Under the pieces are notes generated by a model. It searched no databases. It saw only the letters and a list, made by a program, of their open reading frames with translations, and was not told where the DNA came from. Positions 18,650-27,151 of a DNA stretch of 64,000 nt are shown here, one piece after another. The DNA is from Bacillota bacterium (GTDB lineage Bacteria; Bacillota; Clostridia; Acetivibrionales; DTU013): the NCBI GenBank assembly GCA_023409735.1, contig JAEYRB010000006.1, forward strand, positions 10,027 to 74,026, given 5' to 3'. Both the position numbers and the translations under genes were made by a program. Each line of letters starts with the position of its first letter. Position 1 is the first letter of the stretch.

Positions 18650-19670
18650 ATTTGTATTCTTCGGAATAATCGCCTTTTTTGTCATCAAAGAGGCTTGCAT
18701 AGAAATGGTCTTGTTCAAAACGCAAATGCAATTTACATCTTCGCTTTAACTGAACGATTGGTTCTTTCTGTTCCTTAAATACACCATTGAAAAATTCATC
18801 AATCTTTAATACTGATGTTACTATGATTAGTTTGCATTCTAAAACCTTGTTTTTGTATCTGCTTTTTACAGTAGAAGCAGTATTATTATCCAACATCTTT
18901 AATAAATCACTTAATCCCATGCAACTTGGTCTTAAATCATCAAGAATAATACAATCTTGTCCTGCATATCCGTCAAGTACATCATTAGAGCCACTTGATA
19001 CGAATACACTATAACCTTTATCTTCGCACATCATTTGTGCATATGTACTTTTGCCAGTTCCACTTTTTCCAGTAATATAAACGCATTCCATATTTCTTTT
19101 TGCCCCCTTTATAATATCGGTTCTGTATTTAAATGCATTGTCGATAGATTTCTTATATCTGTCGTATTCGTCAATAGTTATGTGTTTGTGATAGTTAAAT
19201 TCACGAATAACACCACTTACAATGTCATTTATAATTTGGATTTTTCTTGTTTCACTATTAGATTTGTTGATTGCTTTGGTCTTTTCTACTTTCCAGTTGT
19301 AATTACTGGTTACTTCATCTTCTGTGTATTGGTATTTAGTTGGTGCGTTTTCGTGAGTAAGATATTTTAACATATCAACCCATTTTCCTTTTACCTTATT
19401 TATAAAGTTTTCTTTGATACCTAACCAGTTAGCAATATACTTGGTATCTATACCATATTCCAGTCTAATTGCAATATGGTAATGAGCCTTTTTTGGTGTT
19501 CCTGCTTTATGGTCGGGATTTTTAGTTTCATCAGCTTCATTATAAGTATCTTTGTCGTGCAAGATATAAGCATAATCTTTGAACGGTTTTTGATTGTCTA
19601 ATACCTTTACAATTTCTTCAATGTTGATGTGTTCTACATCTGATACGATTTCACATAATCTAACTTGCAT
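18591..19670 (-). CDS. rolling-circle replication initiator: HUH (pMV158 RepB-like) N-domain fused to a P-loop NTPase
   Basis: ILHDKD and KKAHYHIAIRL (HUH motif), then Walker A GKSGTGKST and Walker B IILDDL. The ATG at 19670 lies 6 nt after GGAGGT. Confidence 0.8.
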   Translation of the reverse strand: MQVRLCEIVSDVEHINIEEIVKVLDNQKPFKDYAYILHDKDTYNEADETKNPDHKAGTPKKAHYHIAIRLEYGIDTKYIANWLGIKENFINKVKGKWVDMLKYLTHENAPTKYQYTEDEVTSNYNWKVEKTKAINKSNSETRKIQIINDIVSGVIREFNYHKHITIDEYDRYKKSIDNAFKYRTDIIKGAKRNMECVYITGKSGTGKSTYAQMMCEDKGYSVFVSSGSNDVLDGYAGQDCIILDDLRPSCMGLSDLLKMLDNNTASTVKSRYKNKVLECKLIIVTSVLKIDEFFNGVFKEQKEPIVQLKRRCKLHLRFEQDHFYASLFDDKKGDYSEEYKYESSCNNVPKDRTYRRTKT

Positions 19671-19955
19671 ATACATACCTCCTATAATTTTACTACATAC
19701 GACAGTAAAACTACGCCGAACAGACAAGCCCACTGTTCGGCTATTTTTCAAGCTTTTCAATGGTTTTACTACGTACTACATTGTTGTTTCATAAGTAGCA
19801 TGCAAGATAGAAATCGGTTATGTTTTTTCTGTATAGCCTTTTCATTTAAAAAATTTCCAAAATGAAGATTTTTTAAAAAACATCGGAATTTTATCGAAAA
19901 TTGATTTTATGGGGTGAGGTCAAAAATCACACTTTTTATAAGGAGGTGGAATGAA

Positions 19956-20132
19956 ATGGGAAAATTAAAAGAATGTGATGATGATACTTTTTACAATGCG
20001 TCCATTGATTTTTTAATTGAAGCATTGGCACAAAATGGCATTGAAGAATGTCATAAGCAAATTTCAGTAGATACCGATGATGATTATGCGAAAGTAGAAC
20101 CATACGAAAGAAAGACAACAGAGGAAAGATAA
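19956..20132 (+). CDS. small hypothetical protein (58 aa) upstream of the relaxase
   Basis: ATG preceded by AAGGAGGTGG. Product MGKLKECDDDTFYNASIDFLIEALAQNGIEECHKQ... with no recognised family. Confidence 0.35.
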   Translation: MGKLKECDDDTFYNASIDFLIEALAQNGIEECHKQISVDTDDDYAKVEPYERKTTEER

Positions 20133-20235
20133 GAAGAGCCCCACCTTGCTTGTCAAGGTATAGGGGCTTTACACCTTGGAGCAAGATTTAGAAGCATAGG
20201 CGGTCTTGCTACTGGTGGTTGAGAGGAGGGATTTT

Positions 20236-20988
20236 ATGGCGAAGTTCAGTTTTCATTGTCAATGCTATAAGGCAGGGCAACTTGGGGGAATTGACAAACA
20301 CAACAGACGATTAAACAAGAATTATATCAGCAATCCAGATATAAACTTGGAACGAAGCAAAGAAAATCGTATTTATATTGCACCGAAGCAATCACTTTAT
20401 CAAGATTGTAAGGACATTATAAATAAAAAGGTATTTGCTAATGGTGGCAGGGTTACAAAGGCTTCAAACTGGATATGTGAATGTATATTTTCATATCCTG
20501 AGGAATTACCGATAGAAAGGCTTGATGAATATAACGATTTAGTTATTAAGTATATGGGTGCAAGGATTGGGGCTGATAATATAGTAATGGCTTGTTGTCA
20601 TGTGCAAGATGAGGCAGGTGTTCCCCACCTACATTTAGATATAATACCGATAGACAATGGGAAATTATCGGGTAAGACTTTGATAACAAGGGATTTTATT
20701 ACATCAATCCATAGACTAATGCCTATGGTGTTACAAAATCATGGCTTTAATGTAGAAAGCTACGAAGAAACTGAAGCCCGTAGAACTGGAGGTTTAAGTG
20801 CTAAGGAATACAAGAAGAAAATGGAAGAGGAAAGCAGGGAACTAAACAAGAAACTTGATGAAATGGTTAAGGAATATAATAACTTGGCTGATAAGTATAA
20901 CAAGTTAGTTGAAGATAAGGAAGCATTGGAGCGCAAGAACAGAGATAAGGCTTATGAAGTCATAAAGCAGCAGGAACGAAACCGATAA
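20236..20988 (+). CDS. MobV-family (Mob_Pre) relaxase
   Basis: HVQDEAGVPHLHLDIIP matches the MobV HxDE...PHxH motif. There is an N-terminal HNRR region and a C-terminal coiled coil. ATG at 20236 after GAGGAGGG. Confidence 0.8.
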   Translation: MAKFSFHCQCYKAGQLGGIDKHNRRLNKNYISNPDINLERSKENRIYIAPKQSLYQDCKDIINKKVFANGGRVTKASNWICECIFSYPEELPIERLDEYNDLVIKYMGARIGADNIVMACCHVQDEAGVPHLHLDIIPIDNGKLSGKTLITRDFITSIHRLMPMVLQNHGFNVESYEETEARRTGGLSAKEYKKKMEEESRELNKKLDEMVKEYNNLADKYNKLVEDKEALERKNRDKAYEVIKQQERNR

Positions 20989-21054
20989 AGTTCTTGCATA
21001 ATTTAGAGAATTTGATATAATTGGCACAATTAAATTGAACTTGTGGAGGAAGAT

Positions 21055-21597
21055 ATGATGAATGCTTTGGTAATGAATTGTAGTCCAGTTAGGAACGGAG
21101 CAACTACTGAAATAGTAAATATAATAACAGATTGTTTAAAAGAGAAGTATGAGGTTAATAGTGTTTGTATTGACGATTATAACTTTAACTTTTGTAAAGG
21201 ATGTCGTTCGTGTCATAATACTGCAAAATGCATTCAACATGATGATGTTGATAAGATAATTGAACAATATGAATATGCAGATGTGATAATATCGGTAGCA
21301 CCTTCTTATTGGGCAGATATTCCAGGACAATTTAAAGCATTCATTGATAGGTGTACACCTTGGTGTAATACCCATGAACCACATGCTACGATAAGCACTG
21401 GAAAGAAAGGTTATTCAATTGCATTAAGAACAGGTCCAAGTATGAAAGAATGTAATCGTATTATTGAGAGTATTGAGCATTTTTATGGGCATATGGAAAT
21501 TGAATGTTGTGATAGTATGGGCTTATGTTCGATAGAGTATAAAGAAGCAGTAGAACCAAGAAAGGCTGAAATTATTGAGTTCTGCAAAAAAATATAA
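21055..21597 (+). CDS. flavodoxin-like-fold, iron-sulfur-flavoprotein-like NAD(P)H-dependent reductase (element cargo)
   Basis: N-terminal MNCSPVRNGAT (flavodoxin-like fold) followed by the cysteine cluster CKGCRSCHNTAKC. Confidence 0.6.
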   Translation: MMNALVMNCSPVRNGATTEIVNIITDCLKEKYEVNSVCIDDYNFNFCKGCRSCHNTAKCIQHDDVDKIIEQYEYADVIISVAPSYWADIPGQFKAFIDRCTPWCNTHEPHATISTGKKGYSIALRTGPSMKECNRIIESIEHFYGHMEIECCDSMGLCSIEYKEAVEPRKAEIIEFCKKI

Positions 21598-21759
21598 GAT
21601 AGTTTTGATACTGGACATTGTGCCAGTATCTTTTTTAATCCCCAAAACACCGAAATATTTAGAAGAAATATTATATAAATCCCACTTTGCAAAGTGTGGC
21701 TACGGAGTTATAATATTTATATCAATTTACTTCTTATTATTCAGCGAAAAGAGGACATT

Positions 21760-22848
21760 ATGAAACTACCTAACGGATATGGAAGTGTTAGCAAGGTTAA
21801 TAGAAAGAACTTACGAAAGAAGTACATAGCAAGGATTACTACGGATATTGAAATTGATGAGCAGGGCAAGAAACATCAGCACAAAAAGACAATAGGCTAT
21901 TTTGAAACAAAGGAAGAAGCCTTAAATGCCTTGACAAATTACAATATGAATAAAGACGAAGTAAACATTTTATTTATGAACATCACTTTTACTGATTTAT
22001 GGGAAGAATGGCAGGAAAGCGAAAAGGTTCAAGCATTAAAGCCAGATACCATAAAGGGTTATGAATTCTCTTATAAATTGATTACCGATAAAATCAAAAA
22101 AATGAAGTTTATAGACATTAAGTTTAATGACTTGCAGAATATGATAAATGAATTATTGGGCAACAGAAAAGGTTATCAATCGGTAAGAAAAGTTAAGAAT
22201 TGCATTAAGCAGTTGTATGATTATGCTATTAAATGTGATATTGTCAGTAAGAATTATGGCGAGTTGCTTGATATAGGTAAGATCCCACGCAAAGGGCAAG
22301 CGTTAATATTTACTGATGAACAGATAGAACGCTTATGGAAGTTGTATTACGAACAGAACAAAGATACAAGGCTGACTATCGAGATTATGCTTATGTTGAT
22401 GTATAATGGTTGCCGAATAAGTGAGTTCTTATGTCTTAAAATAGAAGATATGAATTTGAAAGACCGGTATTTCAATGTTACCGATAGCAAGACAGACGCA
22501 GGTATAAGACAAGTTCCTATTAGTGACAAGGTTATCAATATCTATGAAAGCATTGTAAACGAAAGAGAAAAGGGTTATTTCCTTATTAACCCGAATAATA
22601 AGAGAAAGTTTACATATGCTAATTTTAGAGATAGTTACTGGGATAGAATGATTGACTTGCTTGGTTGGGATAAGAAGTTGACACCACATAATTGCAGAAA
22701 GACTTGCATTTCAAAATTGACAAAAGCAGGTGTAAGACCTACATACATTAGATTGATTGTCGGTCATGAGGGTGCGTTGGATTTGACGGAAAAGACATAC
22801 ACCTATGTAGACTTTGAAGAACTGTTAAAAGCAATCAATGAAATATAG
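21760..22848 (+). CDS. int: tyrosine-type site-specific integrase
   Basis: C-terminal catalytic context (RISEF..., HNCRKT, LIVGHEG, YTY) and an N-terminal arm-binding-like region (LPNGYGSVSKV). ATG at 21760. Confidence 0.85.
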   Translation: MKLPNGYGSVSKVNRKNLRKKYIARITTDIEIDEQGKKHQHKKTIGYFETKEEALNALTNYNMNKDEVNILFMNITFTDLWEEWQESEKVQALKPDTIKGYEFSYKLITDKIKKMKFIDIKFNDLQNMINELLGNRKGYQSVRKVKNCIKQLYDYAIKCDIVSKNYGELLDIGKIPRKGQALIFTDEQIERLWKLYYEQNKDTRLTIEIMLMLMYNGCRISEFLCLKIEDMNLKDRYFNVTDSKTDAGIRQVPISDKVINIYESIVNEREKGYFLINPNNKRKFTYANFRDSYWDRMIDLLGWDKKLTPHNCRKTCISKLTKAGVRPTYIRLIVGHEGALDLTEKTYTYVDFEELLKAINEI

Positions 22849-22936
22849 CCACATTGTAGCCACACTTGGACTGAAATACAAGTAAAATAAACAAATCACA
22901 ATACGCCAAGAGATAAATTGTATATTATATACGTCG

Positions 22937-22969
22937 AAAAGCTGCAGACATTACGTTTGCAGCTTTTTT
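22937..22969 (+). terminator. rho-independent terminator following the second att-like repeat
   Basis: AAAAGCTGCA (22937-22946) pairs with TGCAGCTTTT (22958-22967), then a T-run. Confidence 0.65.
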
Positions 22970-23265
22970 GCGACCAGTTTTGTGTATGGCAGCATTGACG
23001 AGGGGACGGGGCTGGTGTCAACGGTGGCCAGTGATGGGTTATTGTACAATATGGTTCTATGTCAATAATTAAGGCTGGTACTCTAGTAAAAAAATAGCTA
23101 TATTTATCTGACAAATACCTCTTGAAATTCTAACTCTGAAGGCATTTCTCTTATTTATCTTGATTTTGTTGTTCACTCCTCAGTTTGGTCTGTCAGCGAA
23201 GGCGGATAAAATCAAGATCGACGGTTTCGTTTTCATAAAAGCGTATGGGCGTGATGGGGCCATGT

Positions 23266-23362
23266 CGGACTTTTTGTAACCGAAACTATGTTTTATGTCG
23301 AAAAAATCATGTTTCATGCAGTGGACGGTTCCTAAGAGAGATTTTTGATATATTGAACATGA
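23266..23362 (+). promoter_or_regulatory. conserved upstream element, copy 1 (shared with 27324-27420)
   Basis: 97 nt with 12 mismatches against copy 2 by hand alignment. It ends about 55 nt before the ATG of the downstream gene. Confidence 0.5.
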
Positions 23363-23416
23363 GGACAAAGGATCTTATTTTGGCCAAACAACAATGTTTA
23401 AAGGAGGAACAATATT

Positions 23417-26400
23417 ATGAAGAAACGATTTGCGAGCATACTTCTCATCGTATGCATGGTATTGACGCTGTTACCGGCTACGGCAAGTGCAGGAGAGAGC
23501 TTCAATAACTTTGTGGACCGGATGCGTAGCGAGTACGACGTGATTATCTCTTGTGATCGCAGTATCCCACTCACAGCCAAGGAGCAGGGCTATATTGAAA
23601 CAGCTCTCAGTGCATGGGGCAAGGAGTATGTCCGTACGATCTCAGGAGCCTTTGCGTCAAGCAAGTATTTCGGAAGTACGGAAACACTCAGTTCAACACG
23701 CATGAAGATTATTATTAGCAATCTAAGCGGGGACGCAGAGGCCGGTTTATATGGTAAAGCCTCAGGTGAAAAGCTCTACTTATACGGCGATATTTGGGAT
23801 GACGTGACCTTCCATCACGAGTTCGCCCATATGGTGAAGCACGCTTGTGAAAGCGCCAGTAGCGTTAACTGTTACGGTAAGTTTTCTGAACTCATCAAGG
23901 CGGCAAACAGTGACGCCATCAGTGTAAGCGGCGATTATAAATCTGCCTGGAAGCCGGGAGTCGATGAGTCATTCTATGCTTGGAGCTATGGCAAATATTC
24001 TCCCGATGAGGACATTGCCACCATTATGCCCAATACCACAGACTCAAAATGGGCAGAGAAGGTGAAAAATGGCGAAATGCCGGTCATCACAAAAAAACTT
24101 CAGGCCTTTCGCAATTACTATGAGAAGTATCTGACAGGTGGAAGCATACCATGTCCCTTGATAGACAATATTCTGGGGCCTTCTACCAATCATTCCACTG
24201 AGGCTATGGGTACATACTTCAATCTCATTACCACCAAAATGAATGCTGGAGAAACCTTCAAGCTCGAGATAATTGGCAGCTACCCTATCACAGCCACCGA
24301 GCGCTTTGAGATTACAAGCATAAGGTCAATGGACCCCAAAATTATCAAGGTAGACCAAAACACTGGTATTATAACCGCCTTATCTGAGGGATCTACGTTA
24401 GTGAGTTATGGCTTTAAGACAGCAACTCAGACCAGCAACATAGGTTTCACTATTACAGTAACAGGGTCCGTCCTACCCACGGATGTTCGATTCGACTTCC
24501 CCACAACCTTAAAAGTTGGTGATAAATTCAAACCCACCATCACTCTTCTTCCTGAGGGCTCAATCGCCCCAGCAGAGCCACGGTGGTCCTACTCGACCAA
24601 CCAAGTAATCACCTTTAAGGATGGCGAGTTGATCGCCCAGAGGCCTGGCAAATCCACCCTCACCTGTTTGCTGGACCATATGGATCTGAAAGTCCCGGTA
24701 GAGATTACCGTGGAGGCTGCCACGGTTACCGGCATAACCTTGAATGAGACCTCAGTTACAAAGACAGCCGGCAGCACAATACAGCTAAAGCCAACTCTGG
24801 AACCTGCCGGTTCTAATGGAGCAGTGACCTATTCCTCCTCTGACGAGAGTGTGGCCACTGTCAATACCAATGGTCTTGTCACCACCAAAAAGGCGGGTAC
24901 CGCCACCATCACGGCCAAGGTGGGAACTCTTACTGCCACTTGCACGGTTACTGTTACACCGGCTGCCGTTGCCGGCATCAGTCTAGCCCCTGCTCAAGCG
25001 GGAATCAAGGTGGGACATACCGTCCAGTTAGAGCATACCTTCATACCTGCCGGGGCTGTGGGCACAGTGAACTATACTACCTCTGACGCGTCTGTGGCTG
25101 CTGTTAGCGGCACAGGCCTGGTCACCGGCAAGAAGACGGGTACGGCTACAATCATTGTCAAGTCGGGTAACTTTTTTGCCACCAGTAAAATTACCGTATC
25201 CAACACCGATCCCACCGGCATAACCCTGGGCAAAGCGACCGCCACGGTGGAGGCGGGTAAGTCGATTCAGCTTACCGCCGCCCTGACCCCAGCTGGGGCC
25301 GGGGGTACAGTGACCTATTCCTCCTCTGACACGGGTGTGGCTACCGTGAGCGCCGCCGGGCTTGTCACCGGCAAGAAGGCGGGTACCGCCACCATAACAG
25401 CCAAGGTGGGAACTTTGTCCACCACCTGTAAAATTACTGTAACCAGCATCGCGCCTACCGGCATCACCATGAGCAGAGCCAATGCTACGGTGGAGGCGGG
25501 TAAGACGATTCAGCTTACCGCCGCCCTAACCCCAGCTGGGGCCGGGGGCACAGTGACCTATTCCTCATCTGATACGGGGGTAGCTACTGTGAGCGCCGCC
25601 GGGCTTGTCACCGGCAAGAAGGCTGGTACCACCACCATCACAGCCAAGGTGGGAGCTTTGTCGACCACCTGTAAAATTACTGTAACAAGCATTGCGCCCA
25701 CTGGCATAACCCTGGGCAAAACGACCGCCACGTTGGAGGCGGGTAAGACAATTCAGCTTACCGCCGCCCTAACCCCAGTTGGGGCCGGGGGCACAGTGAC
25801 CTATTCCTCCTCTGACACGGGGGTGGCTACCGTGAGCGCCGCCGGGCTTGTCACCGGCAAGAAGGCTGGTACCACTACCATCACAGCCAAGGTGGGAGCT
25901 TTATCGACCACCTGTAAAATTACTGTAACCAGCATCGCGCCCACCGGCATAACACTGGGCAAAGCGACCGCCACGGTGGAGGCGGGTAAGTCCATTCAGC
26001 TTACCGCTGCACTAACCCCAGCTGGGGCCGGGGGCACAGTGACCTATTCCTCATCTGATACGGGGGTAGCTACTGTGAGCGCCGCCGGGCTTGTCACTGG
26101 CAAGAAGGCTGGTACCACCACCATCACAGCCAAGGTGGGAACTTTGTCTACTACCTGTAAAATTACTGTAACGGCGGCACTCGAGACAACGATTGCGGGT
26201 GGCTGGTACAATCTTCGTGTTATGAACAACTACATCAATATCAGTGCCGCAGGGAACGCGGAGCTGCGCAGCAATACGAAAAACCAGGCCTTTTATGTAG
26301 ATAATAAGGGAGGCATGCAAGTAACCCTGAAAACGGTGGATGGAAAATATCTGGGAGTGTCCGGCACTGTGAAGGATGGCGTACAGTTAAAGGAAGTAGA

Positions 26401-27151
26401 CAGCCCGTATATTTGGAACATCTACTCCGAAAAAAAGACCGATATCTTTAGCCTGCGCCCGCCTGACAAAGTCAAAATGGTCGTCAATGCCTCGGGACAG
26501 AATAGCGAGGACGGAACGCAGATCATTTTGTGGACGCATGAGAACCTGGATGCTCCTAACCACGCCGAAATTAGGTTTATTACCACGCAAGCGCCCGGAG
26601 CAGGGACTGCAAAGCATCCCTTTAACGATGTTCCAAAGGGCACGTACTATGAAAATCCGGTCATTTGGGCTCTGAACAACGGCGTCACCAGCGGAACCTC
26701 CGCCACGAACTTCGCACCAGGTGAAACCTGCACAAGAGGACAGGTCGTAACTTTCCTGTGGAGAGCCAAGGGCAGTCCCGAGCCTGCTTCGACCGTTAAC
26801 CCTTTCTCCGATGTTAAAGCTTCCGATTATTTTTACAAGGCGGTGCTATGGGCGGTTGAGAAGGGCATCACTAGCGGCACAAGCGCCACTACATTTAGCC
26901 CGAACTCTACCTGCACCAGCGGTCAAGTGGTGACGTTCCTATGGCGCTCAAACGGTAGTCCCAAAGCCACCGGCACAAGTAGCCTTGCGGCACAATACAG
27001 CGGTCAATACTACTCCGACGCCGTGGCTTGGGTGGACAGCACAGGACTGCTAGCAGGCACAGGTACAGCCTTTGCGCCCAACAGCAATTCTCCACGCGCC
27101 GACATTGTCACTTATCTCTATCGCAACGCGGGAAGCCCGGCGATTCAATAG
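23417..27151 (+). CDS. secreted multidomain cell-surface protein: HExxH domain, about 8 Ig-like (Big_2-type) repeats, beta-trefoil-like module, three SLH-like repeats
   Basis: Signal peptide MKKRFASILLIVCMVLTLLPATASA and the motif HHEFAHM. Repeated units of about 81 aa (GITL..TVTYSSSD..VATV..GLVTGKKAGTATITAK). Three C-terminal F.DV...Y....W......TSGTSATTF.P...CTRGQVVTFLWR repeats. Confidence 0.85.
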   Translation: MKKRFASILLIVCMVLTLLPATASAGESFNNFVDRMRSEYDVIISCDRSIPLTAKEQGYIETALSAWGKEYVRTISGAFASSKYFGSTETLSSTRMKIIISNLSGDAEAGLYGKASGEKLYLYGDIWDDVTFHHEFAHMVKHACESASSVNCYGKFSELIKAANSDAISVSGDYKSAWKPGVDESFYAWSYGKYSPDEDIATIMPNTTDSKWAEKVKNGEMPVITKKLQAFRNYYEKYLTGGSIPCPLIDNILGPSTNHSTEAMGTYFNLITTKMNAGETFKLEIIGSYPITATERFEITSIRSMDPKIIKVDQNTGIITALSEGSTLVSYGFKTATQTSNIGFTITVTGSVLPTDVRFDFPTTLKVGDKFKPTITLLPEGSIAPAEPRWSYSTNQVITFKDGELIAQRPGKSTLTCLLDHMDLKVPVEITVEAATVTGITLNETSVTKTAGSTIQLKPTLEPAGSNGAVTYSSSDESVATVNTNGLVTTKKAGTATITAKVGTLTATCTVTVTPAAVAGISLAPAQAGIKVGHTVQLEHTFIPAGAVGTVNYTTSDASVAAVSGTGLVTGKKTGTATIIVKSGNFFATSKITVSNTDPTGITLGKATATVEAGKSIQLTAALTPAGAGGTVTYSSSDTGVATVSAAGLVTGKKAGTATITAKVGTLSTTCKITVTSIAPTGITMSRANATVEAGKTIQLTAALTPAGAGGTVTYSSSDTGVATVSAAGLVTGKKAGTTTITAKVGALSTTCKITVTSIAPTGITLGKTTATLEAGKTIQLTAALTPVGAGGTVTYSSSDTGVATVSAAGLVTGKKAGTTTITAKVGALSTTCKITVTSIAPTGITLGKATATVEAGKSIQLTAALTPAGAGGTVTYSSSDTGVATVSAAGLVTGKKAGTTTITAKVGTLSTTCKITVTAALETTIAGGWYNLRVMNNYINISAAGNAELRSNTKNQAFYVDNKGGMQVTLKTVDGKYLGVSGTVKDGVQLKEVDSPYIWNIYSEKKTDIFSLRPPDKVKMVVNASGQNSEDGTQIILWTHENLDAPNHAEIRFITTQAPGAGTAKHPFNDVPKGTYYENPVIWALNNGVTSGTSATNFAPGETCTRGQVVTFLWRAKGSPEPASTVNPFSDVKASDYFYKAVLWAVEKGITSGTSATTFSPNSTCTSGQVVTFLWRSNGSPKATGTSSLAAQYSGQYYSDAVAWVDSTGLLAGTGTAFAPNSNSPRADIVTYLYRNAGSPAIQ
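25201..26172 (+). repeat. four near-identical in-frame 243-bp tandem repeats (Big_2-type units)
   Basis: The repeat-unit junction motif AAAATTACTGTAAC recurs at 25431, 25674, 25917 and 26160 (period 243). Encoded units differ at only a few residues. Confidence 0.9.

Larger units (their letters stand above)
18114..22916. mobile_element. integrative mobilizable element (IME) inserted at the 3-prime end of rpsI
   Basis: Carries an HUH Rep, a MobV relaxase and a tyrosine integrase. It is bounded by AAGAGATAA direct repeats (18105-18113 and 22908-22916) within a 15/20 imperfect repeat. TAGCCACA repeats lie near both ends. Confidence 0.75.

Noticed and set aside
19594-19865. Two overlapping 66-aa plus-strand ORFs upstream of rep
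   Set aside because: They overlap the rep 5-prime end and its control region and have no RBS. The region is better explained as the origin and promoter region.
23245-23508. 87-aa ORF sharing the peptide REIFDILNM with the 5-prime extension of ORF 27390..30278
   Set aside because: The shared peptide comes from the conserved nucleotide element. Its frame relative to the downstream gene differs between the two copies, and real starts with an SD and signal peptides lie downstream (23417 and 27471).
25201-26172. Possible CRISPR array, IS copies or assembly duplication
   Set aside because: The period is exactly 243 nt, in frame, and encodes complete Ig-like domains within one long ORF. These are coding domain repeats.
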